From: Deltaproteobacteria bacterium
GTDB lineage: Bacteria > Desulfobacterota > Binatia > UTPRO1
NCBI GenBank assembly: GCA_029262315.1
Contig: JAJCZP010000221.1
Location: forward strand, 2,289-66,288
Reading direction: 5' to 3'
DNA: 64,000 nucleotides
Positions 1 to 8,780 of the stretch are shown piece after piece; position 1 is the stretch's first letter; each line of letters opens with the position of its first letter. Below the pieces are notes generated by a model. The model was not told the DNA's origin, ran no database searches, and saw nothing but the letters and a program-made list of their open reading frames with translations. The translations under genes and the position numbers were made by a program.

Positions 1-405
1 GAGGCGGCCGTCGGCGAGATACACGAACGCGAGCGTCCGACCGTACTTGTCCTGCCGTTCGTGCCCAAAGATCAGGCGTACCCGTTGGCGCTCGGCCAAT
101 CGTTTGGTGAAGGCAGACGCCTCGGGACCGAAATGCTCGACGGGATGGTCCGGGCGAACCGTCTCGGGGGTGTCGACACCGATCAAGCGGATGCGCTCGC
201 GATTCTCGAGCAGCAACGTATCACCGTCGACGACACGACGGACGGTGTGCCACTCCCCCGAAGAGGCGTCCCCGGCACTGTCGATCGGAGCTGTCGACCC
301 TCCGAACTCGAACGCACGCACCAGCAGGTACAGCAGCGCGAGCACGAGCAGTACCGGCAAGGGAAGGCGCGACCGAGCGCGCCGCGAGCGAGAGCGGCGA
401 GACAC
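1..405 (-). CDS. Staphylococcal-nuclease (SNase/thermonuclease)-like secreted protein. 5' part only; the C-terminus lies beyond the window start. Start codon uncertain (GTG near 405).
   Basis: Reverse-strand translation of 1-405 gives a basic n-region plus hydrophobic stretch (LPLPVLLVLALLYLLV), then GEWHTVRRVVDGDTLLLENRERIRLIGVDTPE...VEHFGPEASAFTKRLAE..RVRLIFGHERQDKYGRTLAFVYLADGRL, the classic SNase-fold signature (DGDT...RL.GVD.PE). The ORF runs off the window edge, so it is absent from the ORF track. Confidence 0.55.
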   Translation of the reverse strand, partial: MSRRSRSRRARSRLPLPVLLVLALLYLLVRAFEFGGSTAPIDSAGDASSGEWHTVRRVVDGDTLLLENRERIRLIGVDTPETVRPDHPVEHFGPEASAFTKRLAERQRVRLIFGHERQDKYGRTLAFVYLADGRL

Positions 406-568
406 CGGGTATCTATAGCCGCTCCACCCGCCCCTGTCAGGGTCGACGCCCAGGAGATTCGGCGCGTCGTGTGCAACAGCCAACGCGAGCCCACGCGCAC
501 GAACGCACGCGGTAGCGCTCGACCTCCCACGCGCCTCGTAGTAGAGACCTCGCTCTCGCACGACGACG

Positions 569-1582
569 ATGCGCATTGAGCCTTACATCTCGGAGCACTA
601 TCCGCGCCTCGAGGCCGCGGTCCGCGAGTCGGGACTCGCACAGAGCCTCCTGCATCGAGACTTCGTCGAGTGGTACTACAATTCACGAGAGTGGTGCCGT
701 CTGTTCCTGGTCTTCATCGACGACGAAACTGTCGGCGGCGTGATTGGCCTCGAGCAACTCACGATGGACATCGGGGGCGAGCAACTCCAGGTCGGCGGCG
801 GCTCGAACCTCGCCAGCTTTCATCCACGGGCCGGAGCGTTCCTGTTTCTCCACTGGATGCGCTCGTGTGATCTCGGGCTCGTATTCGGCGGCAGCGACGA
901 CATGCACCGCATCCTCGAAGGGCAGCGGGGACGTTGGGTCTACTTTGACGGCGTGCGCACGTTCACGCTGAACGCGCGGTTCGCCCCGCGCGAAGGCCGC
1001 ACCGGCTGGCGGCACGTCGCCGCGACCGCGCTACGCGCCGTCGGACCCTACACCCATCCGGCTCAGGTCTTCGATCGGCTGGTCGCCGCAGGCACCATCC
1101 CCCGCGTGGCCGTCGAGGAAGTGAGCACGTTCACCACCGACATGCTCCCGGCGGGGCCCAGCCCCTTCACCCTGCGGCTAGCCCCATCGCTCGAGTACCT
1201 CCAGTGGCGCTACGACCCGACGCTACCGTTCCTTCGTTATCGCGTGTTCCGGCTCGGCGATGGTGGCGGTTATGTCGTACTGAACGATCGTCCGACCGAG
1301 CTCCTCGTCGCCCAGGCCGACGCCGCCGATCCGCAGCAACTCGCCGCCGGCATCCTCGCCTCCATCGCCGCGGTGAGCGCGGAGGCCGACCCTCGTCGGA
1401 AGGTCGTCCTCACGACGGCGCACCAGGACATGCAGGCCGTCTTCGCCAGCGCCGGGTTCACCCCCGCGCCGACCGGCCGCCGGTTCGCGCTCGGACAGGG
1501 AAAGCGGCGGGTGGCGGTCGATCCCGATACCGCGCAGTGGCTCGTCAACTATGACTGGATCGACAACGGCCTCCGCTTCTAA
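569..1582 (+). CDS. FemAB-like / GNAT-fold acyltransferase-family protein, of the type associated with exosortase-type EPS loci
   Basis: 337-aa ORF with protein-like composition, immediately upstream of GT4 and AsnB-like genes on the same strand. Size and neighbourhood fit the FemAB-related EPS-associated family. No sharp motif, so the family call is tentative. Confidence 0.5.
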   Translation: MRIEPYISEHYPRLEAAVRESGLAQSLLHRDFVEWYYNSREWCRLFLVFIDDETVGGVIGLEQLTMDIGGEQLQVGGGSNLASFHPRAGAFLFLHWMRSCDLGLVFGGSDDMHRILEGQRGRWVYFDGVRTFTLNARFAPREGRTGWRHVAATALRAVGPYTHPAQVFDRLVAAGTIPRVAVEEVSTFTTDMLPAGPSPFTLRLAPSLEYLQWRYDPTLPFLRYRVFRLGDGGGYVVLNDRPTELLVAQADAADPQQLAAGILASIAAVSAEADPRRKVVLTTAHQDMQAVFASAGFTPAPTGRRFALGQGKRRVAVDPDTAQWLVNYDWIDNGLRF

Positions 1583-1682
1583 TACCCGAGGCCTGGAACG
1601 CGGTGCCGGACGGGCGTTTCGGCCGAATCGGTCTTGACAGTTCTCGCAGCGGCCGCGTATCGTCTTTGGTCAAGGCGCGCAT

Positions 1683-2906
1683 ATGGGTCCGCATCGCATC
1701 CTCTTCATAGAGTGTAGCGTCGGCGGTGTGCTGGGCGGCTCGCTGACGGGCATCCTGCACCTGATCGACCGCCTCGACCGACGCCGTTTCGAGCCCGTGC
1801 TGGTGCTGTTCGAGCACAAACGCGTCGTCGAGGACCTGCGGGCGAAGGGCGTGCGTGTCCACGTCGTCCCCGACCAGCCCGATCCACTGACCAACGGGCG
1901 GAACCACGCACGGCTCACCCGCGGCGTGCTCCGCATCTACGAGTTTCTGGGTATCGTGCTGCCACGCGCCCGCGCGATCAGCCGCGTCATCAGCGAGGAG
2001 AAGCCGAGCCTCGTCTATCTCGCCAACGGCCTCACCTCGAATCTCGACGGCCTCGTCGCCGCGGCGCGCGCCGGGATCCCGAGCATCTCGCATCAGAAGG
2101 GCTTTCGCCGGATCGGACCGATCGAGCGCCAGTTGGCGCGCTGGGTCGACCTCTGCATCGGCATGACCGATCAGTGCACCGACTACGTGCGCGACTCCGG
2201 AGCCAAGTGCCAGCGGTTTCTCACGGTGTTCGACGGCATCGACTGCACCGAGTTCGCGCCGGGCGGCGGACAGGCCGTCCGCGCCGAATTTGGTGTCCCA
2301 GAGAATGCGCCGCTCGTCGGCATCGTCGGACACGTCCAGGAATGGAAGGGCCAGCACATCGTCGCCGACGCGGTCGCCCTCGCGCTCAAGAAGATCCCGG
2401 ATCTCCACTGCCTTCTCGTCGGCGGCGTGCACCGGGCCGGCCAAGATTTCGGCGAGAAGCTGCGGTCGCGAATCGCGGAGCAAGGACTCAGCGACCGGAT
2501 CATCATGACCGGTGAGCGCAGCGACGTTCCCGCATGCCTCGACGCCATGGACGTTCTCATTCACTCCTCGACGACGCCCGAGCCCTTCGGCCGCGTCATG
2601 ATCGAGGGCATGGCTCTCAGCAAACCAGTCATCGCCCCGAGCGAGGGTGGCCCGCTCGAAATCATCGTTGACGGCGAGACTGGCATCCTCGTCGAGCCGC
2701 GGAGCCCCGAAGCGCTGGCCGACGCGATCGTCACTCTCTGCAGCAACCCAGACCTGAGCCGGAAGATGGGCCAGGCCGGTCGCGAACGCGTCGATGCGGT
2801 GTTCGACATCCGCCACCACGTCGCGGCGATCGAAACGCTGTTCGACGAGTGCATCGGCGATGCGTCGCCGAGGCCCTCCCCCGCCGCACTAGGCGCCACC
2901 TCCTGA
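1683..2906 (+). CDS. Family 4 glycosyltransferase (GT4, retaining)
   Basis: C-terminal GT4 signature ...DVLIHSSTTPEPFGRVMIEGMALSKPVIAPSEGGPLEIIVDGETGILVEP (E-x7-E motif). The stop is 2 nt before the next gene. Confidence 0.85.
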   Translation: MGPHRILFIECSVGGVLGGSLTGILHLIDRLDRRRFEPVLVLFEHKRVVEDLRAKGVRVHVVPDQPDPLTNGRNHARLTRGVLRIYEFLGIVLPRARAISRVISEEKPSLVYLANGLTSNLDGLVAAARAGIPSISHQKGFRRIGPIERQLARWVDLCIGMTDQCTDYVRDSGAKCQRFLTVFDGIDCTEFAPGGGQAVRAEFGVPENAPLVGIVGHVQEWKGQHIVADAVALALKKIPDLHCLLVGGVHRAGQDFGEKLRSRIAEQGLSDRIIMTGERSDVPACLDAMDVLIHSSTTPEPFGRVMIEGMALSKPVIAPSEGGPLEIIVDGETGILVEPRSPEALADAIVTLCSNPDLSRKMGQAGRERVDAVFDIRHHVAAIETLFDECIGDASPRPSPAALGATS

Positions 2907-2907
2907 C

Positions 2908-4899
2908 ATGTGCGGCATCGTAGGTTTCGTCGGCCTGCAAGCCTCGGCTGACGAGTATCCCGCGCGTCTCGAGCGCATGCTCGAGGTCATTCGCCACCGC
3001 GGCCCCGACGAATTCGGCTACTACTTCGATGATCACGTCGGGCTCGGCACCGCACGACTATCGATCATCGATCTCGCCAACGGCCAGCAGCCAATGGCCG
3101 ATTCATCGGGCCGCTACTGGATCGTATTCAACGGTGAGATCTTCAACTACCTCGAGCTTCGGACCGAGCTCGAAGCCGCGGGGCATCGCTTCGAGCGCAA
3201 CTCCGATACCGAGGTGTTGCTGCACGCCCTTCTCGAATGGGGCGAGGGTGCGCTCGGACGGCTCGACGGACAGTTCGCGTTCCTGTTCTACGACCGGCTG
3301 ACCAAACATGTTCTGGCGGCCCGTGATCCGTACGGCGAGCGGCCACTGCACTACGCGCCGGCGCGCGGCGGCGTCGCCTTCGGCTCCGAGATCAAGTCAC
3401 TCTTCACGCTCCCGGACGTCCGGCGCGCGCTGAACGAAACCGGGATTCGACACGCCTTTCAGTTCTGGACGCTGCTCCCCGGGGAAACCTGCTTCGACGA
3501 CGTGCGGTCCATTCCGCCCGGCCACTTCGCCCGAGTCGTCGACGGCGCGGTCACGGCAGTGGAACCCTACTACCGACTCCCGACCGAAGCGCGCGCGCCG
3601 ACCTCGAGCATCGACGAGTCGGCCGAACGCGTCCGCGAGCTGCTGACCCAGAGTGTGCATCGCCGCCTGCGCAGCGATGTGCCGGTCGGGACCTACCTAA
3701 GCGGCGGCGTCGACTCCACGATCATCACCTACCTCGCCCAGGAGGAGAGCCGGCACCAGGTTCAGAGCTTCTCGGTCTCCTTCAAAGACAAGGGCTACGA
3801 CGAGTCGAAGTATCAGACGATGGCGGCGGAACGGCTGGGCACGGATCATCATCCGTTCATGACGTCGCTCTCCGACATCGCCGACGGATTTCCCACCGCG
3901 ATCTGGCACGCCGAGACGGTGCTATTCCGCACTGCCCCCATCCCCCTGATGCTCCTGGCGCGGGAGGTGCACGCGTCGGGGTTCAAAGTCGTGCTGACCG
4001 GTGAGGGCGCCGACGAAGCGTTTCTCGGCTACGAGATCTTCAAGGAGACGCTCTTCCGGGAGCAGTACGATCAGTACGCCAACGACGACGAGCGCATCGC
4101 CGCGCTCCGGAAGCTCTACCCGTATCTCGCGCATTTCCAGGATGATCGCGCGCGCTCGGTCCTCGGGTTCTTCGCGCGCAATACCAAGAGCGATCTCCCC
4201 GGCCTCTTCTCGCATCACATCCGCTTTCAGAACGGCCTCCTCGGCCTGCGCTTGTTGAAGGGAAGCTACGACGACAAGCAGGCCGGCGCCGACTTCAGCC
4301 AAAGCCTGGAGACGTTGTACCCGGGCTTCACGTCGATGCCGTCCGTGCTCCGGGCGCAGATCCTCGAGTACACCACCCTTCTCGGCGGGTACCTGCTGTG
4401 CTCACAGGGCGACCGCATGTCGTCGGCACACAGCGTCGAGGCACGCTGTCCATTTCTCGAGAGGGATCTGGTCGAGTTCGCCTTCGGCCTTCCGCAGGAT
4501 ACCCGCCTGCACGAGGGCCGCGAGAAGCATGTGCTGCGTCAGGCGTTTGCCGACGTGCTGCCCGAAGAGCTCGTGGGACGCGAGAAGAATCCGTATCGCG
4601 CGCCGGACGCCAAGGCGCTCCTCCGCGATCCAGAAACAGAATGGCTCGCGGCGCTAAAGGCCGAGCACCTCGACGCCTGCGGGCTGATCGAGGGGGCACA
4701 CGCCCGCCAACTCCTCGATCGTGTGCAAAAGAAGGCGCCCGAAGCGATCAGTCCACGCGAAGATCAGGCCTGCGTGCTGGTGCTATCCCTCGCGCTCCTG
4801 AACGAGCGCTTCGTCGAGCACTTCCCGACGATCACGCCGGCACTTGGCGAGCGTTTGGTCGTCCGCATCGACGGACGCACACTCGGCGCGCTGGCGTAA
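2908..4899 (+). CDS. Asparagine-synthetase-family glutamine amidotransferase (AsnB-like, EPS-locus type)
   Basis: N-terminal MCGIVGF (Ntn Cys nucleophile), the LSIIDL motif, and the PP-loop SGGVDS in the synthetase domain. 663 aa. Confidence 0.9.
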   Translation: MCGIVGFVGLQASADEYPARLERMLEVIRHRGPDEFGYYFDDHVGLGTARLSIIDLANGQQPMADSSGRYWIVFNGEIFNYLELRTELEAAGHRFERNSDTEVLLHALLEWGEGALGRLDGQFAFLFYDRLTKHVLAARDPYGERPLHYAPARGGVAFGSEIKSLFTLPDVRRALNETGIRHAFQFWTLLPGETCFDDVRSIPPGHFARVVDGAVTAVEPYYRLPTEARAPTSSIDESAERVRELLTQSVHRRLRSDVPVGTYLSGGVDSTIITYLAQEESRHQVQSFSVSFKDKGYDESKYQTMAAERLGTDHHPFMTSLSDIADGFPTAIWHAETVLFRTAPIPLMLLAREVHASGFKVVLTGEGADEAFLGYEIFKETLFREQYDQYANDDERIAALRKLYPYLAHFQDDRARSVLGFFARNTKSDLPGLFSHHIRFQNGLLGLRLLKGSYDDKQAGADFSQSLETLYPGFTSMPSVLRAQILEYTTLLGGYLLCSQGDRMSSAHSVEARCPFLERDLVEFAFGLPQDTRLHEGREKHVLRQAFADVLPEELVGREKNPYRAPDAKALLRDPETEWLAALKAEHLDACGLIEGAHARQLLDRVQKKAPEAISPREDQACVLVLSLALLNERFVEHFPTITPALGERLVVRIDGRTLGALA

Positions 4900-5012
4900 C
4901 GCGGCTAGAGCACAAACTGACTGACCTGGAGGACGAGAACGCCCGGCTAAAACGCGTGGCCGCCGATCTCACGCTCGACAAGCACATGCTGGCCGGGCGC
5001 TGCGGAAAATGG
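4899..5012 (+). mobile_element. Relic of an IS3-family (IS407-group-like) transposase OrfA C-terminus. It has no start, no OrfB and no inverted repeats.
   Basis: In-frame translation RLEHKLTDLEDENARLKRVAADLTLDKHMLAGRCGKW matches the characteristic OrfA leucine-zipper end of IS407-like elements (..LEAENARLKKLLAEAMLDMHALKDVLGKKW). It is followed by a degenerate A-run (GGAAAATGG) where the -1 frameshift site would be. It lies in the convergent gap between the AsnB-like gene and the Cys-rich gene. Confidence 0.5.
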
Positions 5013-5096
5013 ACTAACGCCTGCCCGCCGGCGGGCGCTGGTGGGGTGGTATCAGGCGACGTTTCAGATCAGCGTGCACCGCGCCGCGCGGGGCCA

Positions 5097-6089
5097 TCAG
5101 CGACACGCCTCCGCGTCCGGGACGCACGTCGGCACACCGGCGAAGCCGAGGCCACCGTGGGCGGCGCACTCGGCCTGGCAGACGGTGGCGACGTCGGCGG
5201 CGAGACAGGCCTGGCCGTCGAGCGGGACGTCGCGACAGAGCTGGACGGTGGTGCTGTCGAGGCAGCGGCAGGTGACGCCGTGCGGGCCGTCGGCGATCGG
5301 GCGGTAGGCGTCGCTGGCGAGCAGGTGGCCGGTGCGGACGCTCGCCGCAATGGCGCACTCGGGAAGCGGCGTGCAGGTGCCGATCGCGCCGGCAGCGGCG
5401 CACTTGCGGGCGATCTGCTTGGCCGCGCGGGTGCGGGCCTTGTTGCCGGTGGCGAAGCACGCCGGCGTGAGCGGGCCGTCGGCGTCGCTGCCGGCCTTGA
5501 CGGCGGCGCGGTCGGTTCGGCGCTGGCAGGCGAGGCTCTGCGCCAGGACCTGGCCGACGATGCCCTTCACGCCACTGGCGACCGCGGCACGACACGCGCG
5601 GTCGTCGGCGCTCGCGGCGAGATCGGTGCCGCCGACGACGGTGGTCAGGAGCGCCTCGAGGCGGGGGAGGAGGCAGGGCGATCTATCCCCCAGGAGCGGG
5701 AAGCCCGGGTAGTTGGCGAGGACGGGAAGAGTGGGGCAGAGGTTCTCGAGCTTGGCGACCGCGCGGTTGAACTTGCGAGCGAAAGCGCCGCCGGGATCGA
5801 AGCAGGGTTGTCTATCACCTCCGCACGTGAGCACACCGCCGGCGACGGTACATTCGCTGAAGGCGTTGCACTGCGCGGTGGGGCCAAGCCGGCCCTCGCG
5901 GCGGTGGCAGGCGGCGGCGAGGCGGAGGCCCTGGAGGGTGCTCGCCTTGAGGGCGGTGCCGACGGCGTTCCGGCAGCGGAGGCAGGGGTCTCTCACGCCG
6001 CGTGCTACCTGCGCATGGGAGGTGGCCGGGGTCGTGAGCGCGAGAAGGAGCAGGGTGGCCGCGAGCGCCAGCGGTGTCCGGATCGTCAT
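5097..6089 (-). CDS. Secreted cysteine-rich protein; repeats of a helical Cys-containing module
   Basis: Start chosen at the internal ATG (6089), preceded by GAGGTGG and followed by the signal peptide MTIRTPLALAATLLLLALTTPATSHA. About 30 Cys. The modules CRNAVGTALKASTLQGLRLAAAC / CQRRTDRAAVKAGSDADGPLTPAC resemble the C-terminal domain of the 51230-53470 beta-helix protein. Confidence 0.6.
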   Translation of the reverse strand: MTIRTPLALAATLLLLALTTPATSHAQVARGVRDPCLRCRNAVGTALKASTLQGLRLAAACHRREGRLGPTAQCNAFSECTVAGGVLTCGGDRQPCFDPGGAFARKFNRAVAKLENLCPTLPVLANYPGFPLLGDRSPCLLPRLEALLTTVVGGTDLAASADDRACRAAVASGVKGIVGQVLAQSLACQRRTDRAAVKAGSDADGPLTPACFATGNKARTRAAKQIARKCAAAGAIGTCTPLPECAIAASVRTGHLLASDAYRPIADGPHGVTCRCLDSTTVQLCRDVPLDGQACLAADVATVCQAECAAHGGLGFAGVPTCVPDAEACR

Positions 6090-6316
6090 TGAGTGCCACC
6101 TCATGGGGATGGCGTCGAGCGGTCGGGGAGTCCCCGGTGTCCGCGGTCGGCGCATACGAAGGAGTCGGGACATGCGATGGAACAGTTGTTCCGCATCGAG
6201 GCTAGGGTGACGATCGGAACAGTCACGGGAGTCCCCGAGCACGTCGTGGTGTGCGTAAAGTTCTAGTCGTCGCTCCCAGCGCGCGAGTAGCAACCTATGA
6301 CAGATCCGGATCCGGG

Positions 6317-8110
6317 TTACTCGCCCAGCAGGAACGATCGCGCCATCGATGCCGCGACCCGCACGGCGAGCGTGGCGTTGTTCCAGGTCCAGGGCGAGGT
6401 CCGAACACGCGCGCCGTCGATCCAGGTCTCGACGACCTCGATCTCGTCCAGATCGTCAGCGGGCACGTCCAGCGGATTGCGCGACAGCACGACAAAGTCC
6501 GCGACCTTCCCCACGCGCAGCGATCCACGCTCCTCGTCCTCGAACATCTGCCACGCCGCATCGATGGTGAGCGCCTCGAGCCCTTCGTAGGTCGAGACGC
6601 GCTCCTCGGGTCCCAGGACCGTGTTGCCGTCGCGTGTCGTCCGTGTGACCGCCGTCCGGAGCGCGCGGAAGGGTCCGATGGGCGTCGCGGGATTGTCGGT
6701 GTGAATCGACGCCCGGTGTCCCGCACGGCGGGCCGAACCGAGCGGCATGAAGCGCGCCGCGCGAGTCTGCCCGACAATGTCGGGCAGACTCGCACCATAG
6801 AAATAGATGTGATCGATGAAGAAGCTCGGGGTGAGGCCCAGACGCTTGGCCCGGGCAAGTTGCGCGCCGGTGATCAAAGCGTTGTGCTCGAGGCGGTGCC
6901 GATGATCGTCGCGCGGCACCTCGGCAAGCACTTCGTCGAACACGTCCAGGGTGAGATCGATGGCGACCTCCCCCTGAACGTGCACCGCGATCTGCCTCCC
7001 GGCGGCGTGATGGCGTCGCACCTCATCGCGCAGGGCATCGTGCTCGTACATCACGTGCCCGCGATGGCCCGCGACCAACCCCATGCGCTCGCGCGTAAGG
7101 GCAGTATCACGGTACGGATCGGCGAACGCCGCCCCGCCGGTATAGGGCGAACCGTCGACGTACAGCTTCACGCCCTTGAGTGCGAAGCGTCGATGCGCGG
7201 GAGCCTCCGCGATCTCGGTCTCGAGCTGCGCCGGAAGCGCATACACCATGCTGCGGACCGGCGCCGATCCGGCGTCGGCGAGGCGCGCGTAGAGAGGGAT
7301 GGGGTTGTCGTTGCGCGCGCGGGCGCCGAGGACGCCGACGGTCGTGTAACCCGCCACGGCGTACTTCGCCTGCTGCAAGCTCAGCAGCAGCTCCAACGCG
7401 CCGGTTGGGGGCTCGGGCAGTCGGCCGAGAATAGCGTCGATCGCGCCCACTTCGTAGAGGACGCCGTTCAGCTCACCGGACGCGTCTTTTTGAAACTCGC
7501 CGCCCCCGCCAGGGGGAGGCGTCGTCTTGCTGATACCCACCTCCTCGTATCCGGCGGTGTTGATGTACGCCTGATGGAGCATCTGTGTCAGGACCAGCAT
7601 CGGACGCTCGGGGGCGATCTCGTCCAGCTCGGCCAGCGTCAGCGGAGAGAGATCGGGAACCATCACCGGGTCCCAACCGTACGCCAGAATCCAGTCGCCG
7701 ACCCAGGTCTCCTCGGCCGCAGCTCGGAGCGTCCCCATCACCGCCGCGCGCGACTCGTGGGTGAAGCCACTCACGTCGGCCATCTGGCCGAGGACCGCGG
7801 TGACGAGCGGATGTGCGTGCGCTTCGATCAGACCAGGAAGGAGCGCGCCGCCCGCAAGGTCGACGACTTTCGTCCCGGACACGCGGAGCCCGCGAATCTC
7901 CGCCTCGGCACCTATCGCCGCGATGCGGCCGTCGGTGACGGCCAGAGCCTCGAAGACGTCGCCCTCCCCCTCCATCGTGACGACCGCTCCGCCGACGAAG
8001 ATCGTGTCGACCGCGTACGCCTGAGACGCGAGGCACCCGAGCAACACACCGACGCACACCACCATCACCACTGTGCACCGTCCGCCCACCGAGCCTCGTC
8101 GCGCCATCAC
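6317..8110 (-). CDS. Metal-dependent amidohydrolase (Amidohydro_3-like), secreted/periplasmic
   Basis: Signal peptide MMARRGSVGGRCTVVMVVCVGVLLGCLASQAYA, then ..VDLAGGALLPGLIEAHAHP (metal-binding HxH). 597 aa. The start overlaps the upstream TetR stop (ATGA). Confidence 0.8.
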   Translation of the reverse strand: MMARRGSVGGRCTVVMVVCVGVLLGCLASQAYAVDTIFVGGAVVTMEGEGDVFEALAVTDGRIAAIGAEAEIRGLRVSGTKVVDLAGGALLPGLIEAHAHPLVTAVLGQMADVSGFTHESRAAVMGTLRAAAEETWVGDWILAYGWDPVMVPDLSPLTLAELDEIAPERPMLVLTQMLHQAYINTAGYEEVGISKTTPPPGGGGEFQKDASGELNGVLYEVGAIDAILGRLPEPPTGALELLLSLQQAKYAVAGYTTVGVLGARARNDNPIPLYARLADAGSAPVRSMVYALPAQLETEIAEAPAHRRFALKGVKLYVDGSPYTGGAAFADPYRDTALTRERMGLVAGHRGHVMYEHDALRDEVRRHHAAGRQIAVHVQGEVAIDLTLDVFDEVLAEVPRDDHRHRLEHNALITGAQLARAKRLGLTPSFFIDHIYFYGASLPDIVGQTRAARFMPLGSARRAGHRASIHTDNPATPIGPFRALRTAVTRTTRDGNTVLGPEERVSTYEGLEALTIDAAWQMFEDEERGSLRVGKVADFVVLSRNPLDVPADDLDEIEVVETWIDGARVRTSPWTWNNATLAVRVAASMARSFLLGE

Positions 8111-8721
8111 CGCCCCCCCTTCGTAGAGTCGCGCGCGAGGTAGCGCACGAGCACATCCGTGACTTCATCCACGAAATCGTCGTCCCCGAGGCGAGAGGCA
8201 TCGCGAACCGCGGTATCGTGCACGAGAGCCTCCGCAACTTGCAGGCTCACCGCCGCGGCAAGCGACAGGTTCGGGCGCCGCACTTCGTCACGATGGGCAG
8301 CCAGATAAGAAGCGATGAGTTGCTCGAGCATCGGACGCTCGTCGTCACGCGCCTCGGAGCTGACGGCGCTGTGCAAGGCCGCGTCTTCCGCATGCAGCGT
8401 GACCAGCACGCGAACCAGCCCAGCGATCGCCGCCGGCAATGGCTGGGCTCCGACGCGGCCGATCTCGGCGAAGAGACGCTCCCGGAAGGTCGCGTCGTAG
8501 CGACGGCGGACCTCCGCAAGAAGCTCTTCCTTGTGCGCGAAGTACTGGTACAGCGTACCGATCGAGACCCCGGCGCGTTCGGCGACGTGGTTGGTTGTCA
8601 GTCCCGCCAATCCATCTCTACTCAGAATCTGAGTAGTTGCTTGGATTATGATCTCTACCGTGTGTCGCGCGCGCGGCTGTATAGGCTTTCTTTGCGGAGT
8701 TCTTGCCTGTTTCGTGCGCAT
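8107..8721 (-). CDS. TetR-family transcriptional regulator
   Basis: HTH region ..LTTNHVAERAGVSIGTLYQYFAHKEELL. The first ATG is at 8721; the ORF-track upstream start is a TTG. Its stop overlaps the amidohydrolase start, suggesting cotranscription. Confidence 0.8.
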   Translation of the reverse strand: MRTKQARTPQRKPIQPRARHTVEIIIQATTQILSRDGLAGLTTNHVAERAGVSIGTLYQYFAHKEELLAEVRRRYDATFRERLFAEIGRVGAQPLPAAIAGLVRVLVTLHAEDAALHSAVSSEARDDERPMLEQLIASYLAAHRDEVRRPNLSLAAAVSLQVAEALVHDTAVRDASRLGDDDFVDEVTDVLVRYLARDSTKGGR

Positions 8722-8740
8722 GTCGCAGGTGAGCTTAATA

Positions 8741-8778
8741 CGAGTACCATATCCGAGCAATTACTCATATTGGTACAC
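8741..8778. promoter_or_regulatory. Imperfect inverted repeats in the low-GC divergent promoter region; candidate TetR operator
   Basis: GAGTACCATAT-ccgagcaat-TACTCATATTGGTAC (GAGTA/TACTC and GTACCATAT/ATATTGGTAC arms) in the 59-bp gap between the TetR gene (-) and the methyltransferase gene (+). Local GC is about 45% versus about 69% for the window. Confidence 0.3.
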
Positions 8779-8780
8779 AC

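Noticed and set aside
4398-6092. 564-aa + strand ORF, one of the longest in the track
   Set aside because: Arg/Ala/Gly-rich low-complexity translation, antisense to the well-supported Cys-rich secreted gene (5097-6089). Only its short IS3-OrfA-like segment (4899-5012) is meaningful. A typical shadow ORF of high-GC DNA.
6251-8237. 630-aa + ORF and 254-aa minus ORF overlapping the amidohydrolase gene
   Set aside because: Antisense or alternate-frame shadows of the amidohydrolase gene (6317-8110). Arg-rich composition, no RBS or motif.
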